Assembly: GCF_949282365.1 (NCBI RefSeq)
Contig: NZ_CASDOY010000004.1
Coordinates: 19,690 to 83,689, forward strand
Reading direction: 5' to 3'
DNA length: 64,000 bases
DNA from: an uncultured Desulfovibrio sp.
GTDB lineage: Bacteria > Desulfobacterota > Desulfovibrionia > Desulfovibrionales > Desulfovibrionaceae
Positions within the stretch are counted from its first letter, which is position 1. Each line of letters opens with the position of its first letter. The position numbers and the translations under genes are program-made. The notes beneath the pieces are model-generated. The model had not been told where the DNA came from, ran no database searches, and worked only from the letters and a program-made list of their open reading frames with translations. Shown here piece after piece: positions 1 to 9,070 of the stretch.

Positions 1-325
1 CTTCCAGCGACGTGTCCGGGCTGGGACTTTCCACGAAGGGATCAAAGCATTTGCCCCAGTCGCGTATCCAGACGCAAAGGGAAGGAACACCGTCCATGCT
101 CACCCGGCGGAAACCCAGTTCCAGCTGCCCCCAGTGGCTGTCTTTTCCATCGTGCGGCGGGCAGGTGCCCGCATAGGCGTAGGTAGCCACATTGACCAGC
201 AGCTCTTCCACTGCCAGTTCCACAAAACCAAGGATCCCGGCATGGCTTTCGGCAAGATGCGAGCGCAGGAAGTCCATGGCCGGCAGGCAGCTGTCGATAT
301 GGGCGGGAAGGATGATTTGGGGCAC
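1..325 (-). CDS. RsbW/BtrW-like anti-sigma-factor Ser/Thr kinase (HATPase_c), truncated by the window edge
   Basis: Absent from the ORF track because it runs off the edge. Read by hand: RBS aaggagg, GTG at 325, MPQIILPAHIDSCLPAMDFLRSHL...ELAVEELLVNVATYAY (N-box)...WIRDWGKCFDP (G1 box); lies next to a STAS gene. Confidence 0.85.
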   Translation of the reverse strand, partial: MPQIILPAHIDSCLPAMDFLRSHLAESHAGILGFVELAVEELLVNVATYAYAGTCPPHDGKDSHWGQLELGFRRVSMDGVPSLCVWIRDWGKCFDPFVESPSPDTSLE

Positions 326-346
326 GGGCTACCTCCTTGCCCTGTA

Positions 347-685
347 TCAACCGGCCAGGGCCGACAGGGCATCCTCACGGCTGTCACGCACCGTCAGCAT
401 GGCATTGAAGCCGGAGATGCGAAAAACTTCCGCAGCCATGGGTTGCAGGGAACAGAAGGCCAGCTTGCCGCTACAGGCCTTGAGCGCCTTCACCAGCACC
501 AGGATGCCGCGCAGGCCGGCGGAACTGATGTATTCCAGCCGTGCCATGTCGATGAGCAGGCATTTTTTCCCTTCGGCCAGCAGGGAGCGGGTCGCACTTT
601 CAAATTCCGGGGTCGTCGTGGCGTCCATGCGGCCTGCGAGCTCCACGATGACGATACCGTCCTGTTCCGTTACCTTGATCTCCAT
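347..685 (-). CDS. STAS-domain anti-sigma factor antagonist (RsbV/SpoIIAA/BtrV-like)
   Basis: GRMDA..T..FE and IDMARLEYISSAGLR (phosphoacceptor Ser motif); EVFRISGF. Confidence 0.92.
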   Translation of the reverse strand: MEIKVTEQDGIVIVELAGRMDATTTPEFESATRSLLAEGKKCLLIDMARLEYISSAGLRGILVLVKALKACSGKLAFCSLQPMAAEVFRISGFNAMLTVRDSREDALSALAG

Positions 686-702
686 AGCACCTCCGAATGC
701 GG

Positions 703-1359
703 CTACTGATAGCTGAGCAGCAGACCCTGACTGATCTTCAGCCAGCCGTCCAGCGTCACGAACAGCAGCAGCTTGAACGGCAGGGAAATGGTCATGGGCG
801 AGACCATCATCATGCCCATGGCCAGCAGAATGTTGGAAATGATAAGGTCTATGGCGACGAAAGGCAAATAGAGCAAAAAGCCGATCTGGAAGGCCTTGGT
901 CAGCTCCGTGATGGTGAAGGCCGGTACGAGGATGAACATATTGTCGCGCGAGATGCTCTGCCGCTGATGCTCCGGCCAGACACGCTGGGCCGTGCCCATG
1001 AATTCCTGCAGGATGGCGGGGCTGGTGTTCTTGACCAGGAACTGCCGCAGCGGCGGGGAGATGGCCTGCAGGGTATCCAGCATCTCTGAAGGCGTGGGAC
1101 TTTCACTGAGGCGCTGCTGCTCCAGCAGGGCCTTGGTATCCATGGCGACAGGGGCCATGATGAAGATCGTCAGGATGATGGCCAGACCGTTCATGACCAT
1201 GGCGGGCGGTACCTGCTGCACCCCCAGGGCATTGCGCACCAGACTGGTGACGACCACGATCTTGACGTAGGACGTGACCATCATGAGCAGGAAGGACGCC
1301 AGCCCCAGAAGGGCCAGGCCCGCGATGAGATAGAGGGGATTAATCCCGGCCAGTTCCAT
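703..1359 (-). CDS. sctR: T3SS export apparatus SctR (YscR/FliP family)
   Basis: TSYVKIVVV..LVRNALGVQQVPP; PAFTITELTKAFQIGFLLYLPF; MMMVSP.TISLPFKLLLFV.LDGW; start re-picked at MELAG. Confidence 0.95.
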   Translation of the reverse strand: MELAGINPLYLIAGLALLGLASFLLMMVTSYVKIVVVTSLVRNALGVQQVPPAMVMNGLAIILTIFIMAPVAMDTKALLEQQRLSESPTPSEMLDTLQAISPPLRQFLVKNTSPAILQEFMGTAQRVWPEHQRQSISRDNMFILVPAFTITELTKAFQIGFLLYLPFVAIDLIISNILLAMGMMMVSPMTISLPFKLLLFVTLDGWLKISQGLLLSYQ

Positions 1360-2575
1360 CCTCTGCCCCCTGCCGCGTGGCGTCGTCCTGCCCGCCGCTC
1401 TCCCCTGCTCCCTGTTGCGGGCTGGGGTCCTGTCCGGCCGCTTCCATGCGGGTGATCTGCACCCCCGGCATACCGGCCACGTCCACCAGGCGCCCCTGCG
1501 CCAGCACCTGCCCCGCCACGCGGATGTCCACCACGGGCGCGGCCGTATCGCCCCCCAGGACGAAGGTATGACCGGGAACGAGCGCCGCCAGTTCGTCCAG
1601 ACGCAGCTGCAGCCTGCCGATCTCGAAGACCACAGGCAGTTCCAGAGCGCTGACGGCGGCATTGCCGGACAGCGGCCCGTCCGTCGCGGGCCGGGCTTCC
1701 ATGGCCCCGGGAGATGTCAACTTTTCTTCACTCATGCCGTTCCCACCTTCTTTCTCTGCGCACTCCCTGCCGGGATCCCCCTGATCCGGGCCCAGCACGG
1801 ACACGACCCCCTGCTCCAGCCGGCAGGCCAGCGCCTGCCCCTGGGGCAGGCGCAGACGCGGCGCTTCCGGGGCCCAGCTTTCCGGCAGCAGCACGTCTCC
1901 CGGGACAAGTCCGGCCACTTCGTACACGCTCAGACGCATGGTCCCCGCTTCCAGCGGACAGACCGCCGTGCCCGAACAGCAGAGGCCCGCCGCCGTGTGC
2001 AGAGGCAGCTGCTCCAGACGTTCCAGCAGATAGCGGGCGCCGGAGGCCTGCGCCCAGAACAGGCGCAGGAAAAGCGGCCCGTTGCCGGGCACCCCGAGGA
2101 CAAGCGGCAGCGGCCCGTCCCAGGCCGTCTCCGGCTGCGGCTCCGCCGTACAGCGTACTTCGCAGCCCAAAAAATTTTCCAGTCCTTCCAGAGCGGGGAC
2201 CAGCAGCCGTTCCAGAACGGCAAGGCACAATCCCTGCGGCAAGCGGGCGAAATCCTGCTCTTCCAGCGGCTGGGCCCGGCGCCAGTCGGCCAGCTCGGGC
2301 CGCAGGGCCAGCGCCTCCAGAGAAGACCATTCCAGACGCCACAGTTCCTCGCCGCTGCGCAAAAACAGTGCGGCCGCCGGGACAAAGGGCGCTTCCTGCT
2401 CCAGTGATGCCGCTGCCGCATTGAAGGACAGGCGACAGACGACCGGGGCTTCCAGCCCGGCGTCCAGCGGCAGGTCCAGAGGCAGCGCCCGGCTGGCAAG
2501 CGCATTGAAGAGCCGGGCCCGCAAGGGCGCGAGCCTGGGCGGCACAAAGGGACGGGAAGGGATCTCCAGAGACAT
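1340..2575 (-). CDS. sctQ: T3SS sorting-platform/C-ring protein SctQ
   Basis: Two SPOA-like segments (L..GDVLL; LELPVVFEIG...AQGRLVDVAG.PGVQI); position between sctP and sctR. Confidence 0.88.
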   Translation of the reverse strand: MSLEIPSRPFVPPRLAPLRARLFNALASRALPLDLPLDAGLEAPVVCRLSFNAAAASLEQEAPFVPAAALFLRSGEELWRLEWSSLEALALRPELADWRRAQPLEEQDFARLPQGLCLAVLERLLVPALEGLENFLGCEVRCTAEPQPETAWDGPLPLVLGVPGNGPLFLRLFWAQASGARYLLERLEQLPLHTAAGLCCSGTAVCPLEAGTMRLSVYEVAGLVPGDVLLPESWAPEAPRLRLPQGQALACRLEQGVVSVLGPDQGDPGRECAEKEGGNGMSEEKLTSPGAMEARPATDGPLSGNAAVSALELPVVFEIGRLQLRLDELAALVPGHTFVLGGDTAAPVVDIRVAGQVLAQGRLVDVAGMPGVQITRMEAAGQDPSPQQGAGESGGQDDATRQGAEDGTGRD

Positions 2576-2663
2576 GGTGCACCTTTTTCAAAAATCCGCG
2601 AGACCCGCTCCGCACCGGGGCGGAGCGCACTGTCATGCCGGGACATGCGCCCGGGGCGTCCTT

Positions 2664-3302
2664 TTATCCCACATCCGGGACGTACTCCTGCCTGCCGCGG
2701 GACTGCCGGCTGGCATCGCCTTCGCCGCCGCTTTCCGCCTGGGCGTCGACGATCTCCACACGCACGTTCTCACCGCCGCGCTCCAACGCCTCGCGCAGGG
2801 CATCCCGCGCGCCCACGGCCGTCTGGAAGGAAGCGGGATCGGCGCAGGAGAGCCTGACGAACAACTGTCCGTCCTGGGCGCGGGCAAGACACAGCTCCGC
2901 TCCCGGCAGGGCCCCCTGCCCCAGGGTGATGCGCACTTCCGGGAGCCCCTTGCCCGGTTCGGAAACCAAGATGCGCTCCACCAGCTCGTCCACAAGGGCG
3001 TCCATCTCGCCCGCGGCCGACGGGATCTCGACCTGTACGCCCGATGCCTGCAGGCCCTGCATGCGGCTGCCGAACAGGCTGTCCAGCAAGGCCTGCGGAG
3101 AGGGAGCGGCGTCTTCCTGCTGCTGACGGCCCTCCCCACCTTCGTCCCCGTGCTGCCCACCGCGGCCACGGGGCTCCTCCATGGCCCTGTCGAAACGCTC
3201 CCGGGCACCGGCGCCAGACGCTCCTCCGGGGCTCTCCCCTTCCGCCTGTTGCGCCCGGGAATCGGCTTCCTGCAAACGCCGGGAACTGATCTCCATACCC
3301 AT
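2664..3302 (-). CDS. sctP: T3SS needle-length ruler/substrate switch SctP
   Basis: Low-complexity N-terminus; C-terminal T3S4/FliK_C-like domain (LVERILVS..EVRITL....LPGAEL); O-P-Q synteny. Confidence 0.75.
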   Translation of the reverse strand: MGMEISSRRLQEADSRAQQAEGESPGGASGAGARERFDRAMEEPRGRGGQHGDEGGEGRQQQEDAAPSPQALLDSLFGSRMQGLQASGVQVEIPSAAGEMDALVDELVERILVSEPGKGLPEVRITLGQGALPGAELCLARAQDGQLFVRLSCADPASFQTAVGARDALREALERGGENVRVEIVDAQAESGGEGDASRQSRGRQEYVPDVG

Positions 3303-3367
3303 ACGAACCTCCAGCATCTGCCGCCACGCGGCCCTGCGGCATCCGGCCCGGCGACCTGCGGGAAGCG

Positions 3368-3859
3368 TCACTCGTCATCAGGGGCCGGAGGGGGGCCGGC
3401 AAATTCCTCCAGCTCCAGATCTTCAAGGCGTTCCCGTTCCTTTTTGTCGCCTTCGCGCCAGATATCGCGGTGTGTCTCTATCTTCGCCGCCTCCCGGCGG
3501 GCCACGGCCACAGCCTGGCGTGCCCGGGCCACAGCCGTTTCCTGCCGGGCCACGGCATCCTGCGCCCGGCCGACAGCCTGGATGCGCTCCTCTTCCCCTA
3601 CGGCCAGGGCCCCCAGGGAAGCCCGAAAACCGGCTATCTCGTCCAGGGACAGGACCTTGCCCAAGATCGCCGCATAGCGCCGCCCTTCTTCCTCCACCCG
3701 CCAGCTCCGGTAGCGCTCCAGCTCCTCCCGGCAGCGGACGACGTCCTCACGCGCCTGTACCAGCAGACGCTCCGCCACGCGCAGCCCGTTACGGGCGGCA
3801 TCTTCCCGGTAGAGACGCACGGAAAGCAGCGCTTGCAGCGGATAGGAAGACAACGCCAT
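3368..3859 (-). CDS. sctO: T3SS stalk protein SctO
   Basis: YPLQALLSVR..RED; long coiled coil ending E.LELEEF; follows the ATPase. Confidence 0.82.
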   Translation of the reverse strand: MALSSYPLQALLSVRLYREDAARNGLRVAERLLVQAREDVVRCREELERYRSWRVEEEGRRYAAILGKVLSLDEIAGFRASLGALAVGEEERIQAVGRAQDAVARQETAVARARQAVAVARREAAKIETHRDIWREGDKKERERLEDLELEEFAGPPPAPDDE

Positions 3860-3910
3860 AAAAGCCTCTTGCAGGGATGGAGCACAGCAACGGCCGGCTG
3901 GCGGCTGACC

Positions 3911-5227
3911 TTACAGGACGACCTTCTTCAAGGCCGCCAGGGTGTCGTCGAACGAGCTCTTCTCCTCCAGTCCCTGCCGCAAAAAAGCATTGACCGCCTG
4001 GATATGCCCAAGAGCGAAATCCGCTTCGGCATCGGCGCCTTTCTTGTATTCCCCGATCTGCACCAGCAGCTCCACCTCGGCGTATTTGGCAAGGATCTTG
4101 CGCAGGGCCTGGGCCGCTGCCTTGTGCTCCTTGTCCACCACGGCGTTCATGACGCGGCTGACGCTGGCCTGCACGTCGATGGCCGGATAATGGTTGGCAG
4201 AAGCCAGCTTGCGCGACAGGACGATATGCCCGTCGAGGATGGAGCGGGTCTCGTCGGCGATGGGTTCGGTCATGTCGTCGCCTTCCACCAGCACCGTGTA
4301 CAGAGCGGTGATGGAGCCCTTGTCGGAATTGCCGGCCCGCTCCATGAGCTTGGGCAGCTCCGAAAAGACCGACGGCGGAAAGCCCCGACGGGTGGGCGGC
4401 TCGCCGGCCGCCAGACCGATCTCGCGCTGGGCGCGGCCGAAACGGGTCACGGAATCCATCATCAGCAGGACGCTCTTGCCCTGATCGCGGAAATATTCGG
4501 CAATGGCCGTGGCCGTGTAGGCGGCCTTGAGCCGTTCCATGGAGGAGCGGTCCGAGGTGGAGACCACCAGCACGGCCTTCTTGCGCCCTTCGGGACCGAT
4601 ATCGCGCTCGATGAACTCCCGTACTTCGCGGCCGCGTTCGCCGATGAGCGCCAGCACGCAGACATCCGCCGAGCAGCCCTTGAGGATGCTGGACAATAGC
4701 GTGGACTTGCCGCCGCCGGCCGCGGCGAAGATACCCATGCGCTGTCCTTCGCCGCAGGTCAGCACCCCGTCGATGACACGCAGCCCCAGGGAAATGGGCT
4801 TGCTGATGATCCGGCGCGTCATGGGATTGGGCGCTTCGGCCACCAGAGGATAATGGCTGCGCGTCCTGATGGCCGGACCGCCGTCCATGGCCTGGCCCAG
4901 CCCGTCCACCACGCGCCCCAGCAGTTCGTAGCCCACCGGGACGGAAAGGATCTCGCCCGTGGGGATGACTTCCGTGGCCGGGGAGATGCCCTGCATGTTG
5001 CCCAGGGGCGAAAGCAGGGCCACATTCTTGACAAAGCCCACCACTTCGGCCTTGAGGCTCCAGTCTTCCCAGGGATTGCGCAGCAGGCACAGCTCGCCCA
5101 CCTTCACACCGGGGACCACGGCGCGGATGATGGTGCCCACCACCTGTTCCACGCGCCCCCGCGTCTCCAGGGGATTGACATCGCGTACAGCCTCTTCCAG
5201 CAGGTCGCCGATATATTCAAAGGCCAT
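3911..5227 (-). CDS. sctN: T3SS ATPase SctN
   Basis: Walker [13 protein letters not shown]; [12 protein letters not shown]; DSVTRF; [14 protein letters not shown]. Confidence 0.97.
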   Translation of the reverse strand: MAFEYIGDLLEEAVRDVNPLETRGRVEQVVGTIIRAVVPGVKVGELCLLRNPWEDWSLKAEVVGFVKNVALLSPLGNMQGISPATEVIPTGEILSVPVGYELLGRVVDGLGQAMDGGPAIRTRSHYPLVAEAPNPMTRRIISKPISLGLRVIDGVLTCGEGQRMGIFAAAGGGKSTLLSSILKGCSADVCVLALIGERGREVREFIERDIGPEGRKKAVLVVSTSDRSSMERLKAAYTATAIAEYFRDQGKSVLLMMDSVTRFGRAQREIGLAAGEPPTRRGFPPSVFSELPKLMERAGNSDKGSITALYTVLVEGDDMTEPIADETRSILDGHIVLSRKLASANHYPAIDVQASVSRVMNAVVDKEHKAAAQALRKILAKYAEVELLVQIGEYKKGADAEADFALGHIQAVNAFLRQGLEEKSSFDDTLAALKKVVL

Positions 5228-5851
5228 CTACGACTCCCTGATCTTGCCCAGCAGGGCGTGTTCGATGGCTTTGAGCTGTGTCTCCAGGCTGGCATCCACC
5301 ACGCCCAGCTCGCATTCCAGGACGCAGTCGCCCGACTTCATGCGCGGGTCGGCCGTCACATCCAGAAAACTCCCGCCACCGGGCGCGGCGGAGATCATGG
5401 CCCCCAGCGCGCTGCGCACGGCGTCCTTGTCATCGGGCGAGACCCGTATCAGGACCCGCTGCTGGCTGCGTACGGCCCCCAGGGCATTGCGCACCACGCG
5501 CACCGTGCGCTCCCTGTCGTCCAGCTCGCCGATGATCTTGCGCACGGCCGAGGTCACCACGCCCACCAGCTTCGCTTCCACGCCCTCGATGTATTCCACG
5601 GCCTGCATGGCCGTTTCCATCATCTTTTCCGCCTGCTCCATGCGGCCTTCCATGAGGCCGTCCTCATAACCTGCCCGGCGGCGTTCTTCATAGGCTTTTT
5701 CCGCCTCGGCGCGGATGGCGGCGGCCCGCTCCTCTGCCGCGGCCAGCAGGGCATTGGCTTCCACGAGATGCGCATACTCCGCCGCCCGCAGCACCCGCAC
5801 CCCGGGCGCGGGCAGTACGGTATTGCCCGTCAGTCGAAACACGGCGCCCAT
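5228..5851 (-). CDS. sctL: T3SS stator SctL (YscL/FliH family)
   Basis: GYEDGLMEG GxxxG repeats; C-terminal GDCVLECELGVVDASLETQL. Confidence 0.9.
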   Translation of the reverse strand: MGAVFRLTGNTVLPAPGVRVLRAAEYAHLVEANALLAAAEERAAAIRAEAEKAYEERRRAGYEDGLMEGRMEQAEKMMETAMQAVEYIEGVEAKLVGVVTSAVRKIIGELDDRERTVRVVRNALGAVRSQQRVLIRVSPDDKDAVRSALGAMISAAPGGGSFLDVTADPRMKSGDCVLECELGVVDASLETQLKAIEHALLGKIRES

Positions 5852-6510
5852 GACGGAGCCACCTCCTTGAGCAACAATTTCTTCAGGCTGCGCCACAGCT
5901 CATGGCGTTCCGCCTCACCAAGGGCGGGCAGGCCCGCCGTGGCCGGCAAGGCAGGCAGACGACGACAGAATGGCAGGGACAGTCCTTCCGGCCAGAGCGC
6001 GGCCACCAGACGGAGGGCCATATTGCCGTGCAGGGCGCAACGCTCCGGCAGGGGCAGCCCCGTGTCCCGCCACTGGAAAAAGCGGCGTACCGTGCCGAGC
6101 TGGTAGCGCCCCCGCTGCAGGGCATAGCGGTATGTGGCCTCGCCCAGGGCCTCGCGCAGGGGCAGGACCTCGTCCCGGAGGAGCACGCCGGCAATGGCCG
6201 GTGCGTGCAGCGCCACGCCCGCCACCCGGCACAATCCCGCCAGAGTATCCGCATCCAGCAGGGCCAGACGGCGGGATTCCTCGGCGTAATCCCAGAAGGG
6301 CTCCGGCTGAGCCTCGATCCGCTGGCGGCGCGGCGCATGGGCCAGGGGCCGCTGGCGCAGCCAGTATGACAGCCTGTCAGCCCCGTTGCCCAAGGCTTCG
6401 CGCCAGCTCTCCGGCGTCTGCGGTCTCCGCTCCGCCGGAGCCGCTTGCAGCATCCGGTGCCACAAGGCCGGGCGCCGCGCGAGGACATCCGCAAAAAACT
6501 GTTTGTGCAT
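5830..6510 (-). CDS. sctK: T3SS sorting-platform protein SctK (YscK-like)
   Basis: Lies between sctJ and sctL; RRLALLD..L..L....G.ALH...I...L...V..LREALGE..Y pattern. Confidence 0.7.
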   Translation of the reverse strand: MHKQFFADVLARRPALWHRMLQAAPAERRPQTPESWREALGNGADRLSYWLRQRPLAHAPRRQRIEAQPEPFWDYAEESRRLALLDADTLAGLCRVAGVALHAPAIAGVLLRDEVLPLREALGEATYRYALQRGRYQLGTVRRFFQWRDTGLPLPERCALHGNMALRLVAALWPEGLSLPFCRRLPALPATAGLPALGEAERHELWRSLKKLLLKEVAPSWAPCFD

Positions 6511-7304
6511 CAGGCATCACCCTGCCTGTCCGCACTGCCATCATCACCTGCCTGGAGCGCCTCCCGGGCAGCGCGGCGGCGGGCCAGCAGACGGCGCGCG
6601 CCGACATAGATCCCGGCCCCCGCGGCCACCAGCACCGCCGCCATGGCCAGCATCTGCAGCAGCAGGGCGGGCGTGTGCGCGCCGGGAGACAGCAGCGGCG
6701 ACGGGAGCTTCTTGCCCGGCACCGTCACGCTTTCCCGCACCGGGACCAACATCACGCTGACATTGTCGTATTTGAGCGAAGCCACGGAACCCGCCACCAG
6801 CTCCCGGATCTCGGGCACGAAATTGACCACGGGCGAGTCCAGGGTGTGGCGCAGGAAGACCGCCGCCGACGGGGCCACCGTGATGTTGTTCACCTTGTCG
6901 TTGACGCCCAGCACCACATGGACGCGGGCCGTCAGTACGCCGTCGATACGCGAGAGCGTGTCCGCCAGCTCCTGGGAAAGGGCGTAGGACATGCGCGCCT
7001 GGACTTCGGAGGAGGAAGAGATCATGCCGTCGCCGGCAAAGACCTCACCCAGATTCTTGAACGACTGGCGCGGCAGACTGTTTTCCTTGAGCACCTGCAG
7101 GGCCAGCACCAGCTGGTCGTCATCCACCGACAGCGTATAGCCGTTCTTTCCGGCGGCTGTTTTTTCCGCCGCGATCCCCCGGCGCAGGAGGGTGGAAAGC
7201 ATCTGGTTGGCCTGATCCTCGGACAGGCCCGAATACATCTCCACCTTGCAGCCGGAAAGGAGCAGGAGCAGGGACAGCAGCAACAAGAGCAAGGGACGCA
7301 GCAT
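6510..7304 (-). CDS. sctJ: T3SS inner-membrane ring lipoprotein SctJ
   Basis: Lipobox LSGC; YSGLSEDQANQM; LSQELADTLSRIDGVLTARVHVVL; C-terminal TM helix; start re-picked at MLRPL. Confidence 0.95.
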   Translation of the reverse strand: MLRPLLLLLLSLLLLLSGCKVEMYSGLSEDQANQMLSTLLRRGIAAEKTAAGKNGYTLSVDDDQLVLALQVLKENSLPRQSFKNLGEVFAGDGMISSSSEVQARMSYALSQELADTLSRIDGVLTARVHVVLGVNDKVNNITVAPSAAVFLRHTLDSPVVNFVPEIRELVAGSVASLKYDNVSVMLVPVRESVTVPGKKLPSPLLSPGAHTPALLLQMLAMAAVLVAAGAGIYVGARRLLARRRAAREALQAGDDGSADRQGDA

Positions 7305-7332
7305 TGACAACCTCTGATAAAATACGGGCTCC

Positions 7333-7953
7333 TCAGCCTGACTGGCGCAGCAGGTTTTCCATCCCCTGCGTCGTCTGCTGCGATGTCTGGATACCCGCCT
7401 TGGCCTGCATGTTGAGCATGCCCGCGAGCTGCTGCACGCGCAACAGCTCCAGCGGGGTGATGACGGCGCCGGGCCCGGAGACGCTTTCCAGCAGCCGGCC
7501 CAGTTCTTCGACGACGTCCTGCCGGGACATCCCTTCCGCCTGGAAGGCAGGCTGCGCCCCGGACACCTTCTCCGCTCCGGGCACAGCGGACGGCTGTTCC
7601 CCCTGACCGGGAACAAGCTCCGCCGTCTGCGGGCCGGACGGGCCGCCCACAGCATCGGGGGCCTGCGTCTGCGCCGCCGCAGGCGGCTGCCCGTCCGCGG
7701 GCATCTCCGGCAGATGCAGGGAAGGCAGGGCCTGCGCCGGGCCCGGCAACAGCGCATCCCCTCCCGCCCGGACTTCACTGGCGGGAGCCGCGGCAGGGGG
7801 CTGCGCCGCGCCCAAGGCATCCTCGAAGGCCCGGACCAGCTCCCCGGACGGAGCGCCGGAAGGGCCGCCTCCCGGCGGATCGCCTGCCCACCGGGAAAGC
7901 TTTTCCAGGGCTTCCAGCAGCCTGGTCGCACTTTGCGCTGATGCGGAGATCAT
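7333..7953 (-). CDS. Putative T3SS inner-rod protein SctI (unusually long)
   Basis: Immediately upstream of sctJ; C-terminal TPLELLRVQ...QTTQGMENLLRQ resembles YscI/HrpB2. Confidence 0.6.
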   Translation of the reverse strand: MISASAQSATRLLEALEKLSRWAGDPPGGGPSGAPSGELVRAFEDALGAAQPPAAAPASEVRAGGDALLPGPAQALPSLHLPEMPADGQPPAAAQTQAPDAVGGPSGPQTAELVPGQGEQPSAVPGAEKVSGAQPAFQAEGMSRQDVVEELGRLLESVSGPGAVITPLELLRVQQLAGMLNMQAKAGIQTSQQTTQGMENLLRQSG

Positions 7954-7992
7954 GGGCAGGTCCTCACGGCAGGGGGAACGTCAGACGCCCGG

Positions 7993-8349
7993 TCAGGCCA
8001 CTTCCATGACGGCCCGGGCCATCTCGGCCGCCGCGCAGTCCTGCGGGATGGCGGCAAAGGCCTGTTCCGCCTCGTCCTTGCGGCCGGACAGCATGCAGGC
8101 CAGCCCGCGCATGGCCAGAGCGTCCGCATCGGCGGGATGCGCGGCAAGCGCCCCGTCCAGGATGCTCAGCGCGCCCTCGAAATCATCCACGACCACATGG
8201 GAAAAGGCCAGCCCCACCAGGGCTGGCACAAAATCCGGCTTGAGCGCCAGGACAGTCCGGAAAATCGTCCTGGCCTCTCCCACAAGCCCTTTCTGGCAGG
8301 CCAGGTTGGCCAGATCCAGTAAGCGGGCTGTCTGCCTTTCGGAAAACAT
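7993..8349 (-). CDS. TPR protein, likely needle chaperone (YscG-like)
   Basis: TPR helices (EARTIFRTVLALKPD; ALAAHPADADALA); directly after the needle gene. Confidence 0.65.
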   Translation of the reverse strand: MFSERQTARLLDLANLACQKGLVGEARTIFRTVLALKPDFVPALVGLAFSHVVVDDFEGALSILDGALAAHPADADALAMRGLACMLSGRKDEAEQAFAAIPQDCAAAEMARAVMEVA

Positions 8350-8443
8350 CTTCGCACTCCCGTATCACGGGTCGCACAGCGGCCCGGCAGCGTTGTTCCC
8401 TGTATCCGGCCCCAAAGGCCTCGCCGGTCGTCTAGCCGGTCGT

Positions 8444-8695
8444 CTAACCGGTCCTCTGGGCCAGGGACTTGAGCATGTCCTGGATGCTCTTGGTCACCGA
8501 CGAAATGGTCTCCAGCTTGGCGTTATACTGGCCCATGGCAAACTGCAGTTCCAGCAGCTGCATCTGGTCCACCTCGCCGGAGGCGCTGATCTGATCCATC
8601 TTTTCCTGCAGGGCCTTGCCGTCCTGGTTCAGGCCGTTGGTGGCATTCTGGAACAGCTGACCGACATCAATCCCGCTCGAGCTTCCGATATTCAT
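8444..8695 (-). CDS. sctF: T3SS needle subunit SctF
   Basis: 83 aa; LLELQFAMGQYN....ISSVTKSIQDMLKSLAQR matches the YscF/PrgI C-terminus. Confidence 0.85.
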   Translation of the reverse strand: MNIGSSSGIDVGQLFQNATNGLNQDGKALQEKMDQISASGEVDQMQLLELQFAMGQYNAKLETISSVTKSIQDMLKSLAQRTG

Positions 8696-8851
8696 GATTT
8701 TCTCCCGACGGATCCGAGATCCGTTCATTTCAGGCCATGCGGCTTCCCGTCCCTGCCGCTGTCATGAGGCTGCAGGCGGAAGCCTCTTCCCGGTGGCGTG
8801 ACCGCTGCGGCCATGCCTTTCCCGCGTTCAGCGCCGCGCGTTCCCGCCACC

Positions 8852-9070
8852 TCAACGGTTCAGGGCATCGTGCACGCGCGCGGCCACGTCCTCGGCGCAG
8901 TCCACGGCGGCCAGGGCCTGACGTGCGACCGCCATCTCTTCCGCGGTCATGCCGGCATCCATGGCGCGTTTGACATCGAGCCGCATCCCGAACAGTTCCT
9001 CGCGAAGCTGCTTGAGGCCGTATCCCGAGGGATCTTCCGCCAGCAAATCGAAGGCTGATTCCATTTCCAT
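8852..9070 (-). CDS. YscE/EscE-like needle co-chaperone
   Basis: 72-aa two-helix protein (VKRAMDAGMTAEE); D-E-F-G synteny. Confidence 0.7.
   Translation of the reverse strand: MEMESAFDLLAEDPSGYGLKQLREELFGMRLDVKRAMDAGMTAEEMAVARQALAAVDCAEDVAARVHDALNR

Noticed and set aside
8423-8453. Tandem gccggtcgtcta repeat at the sctF stop
   Set aside because: Only about 2.5 copies of 12 bp; likely local slippage with no effect on the ORF
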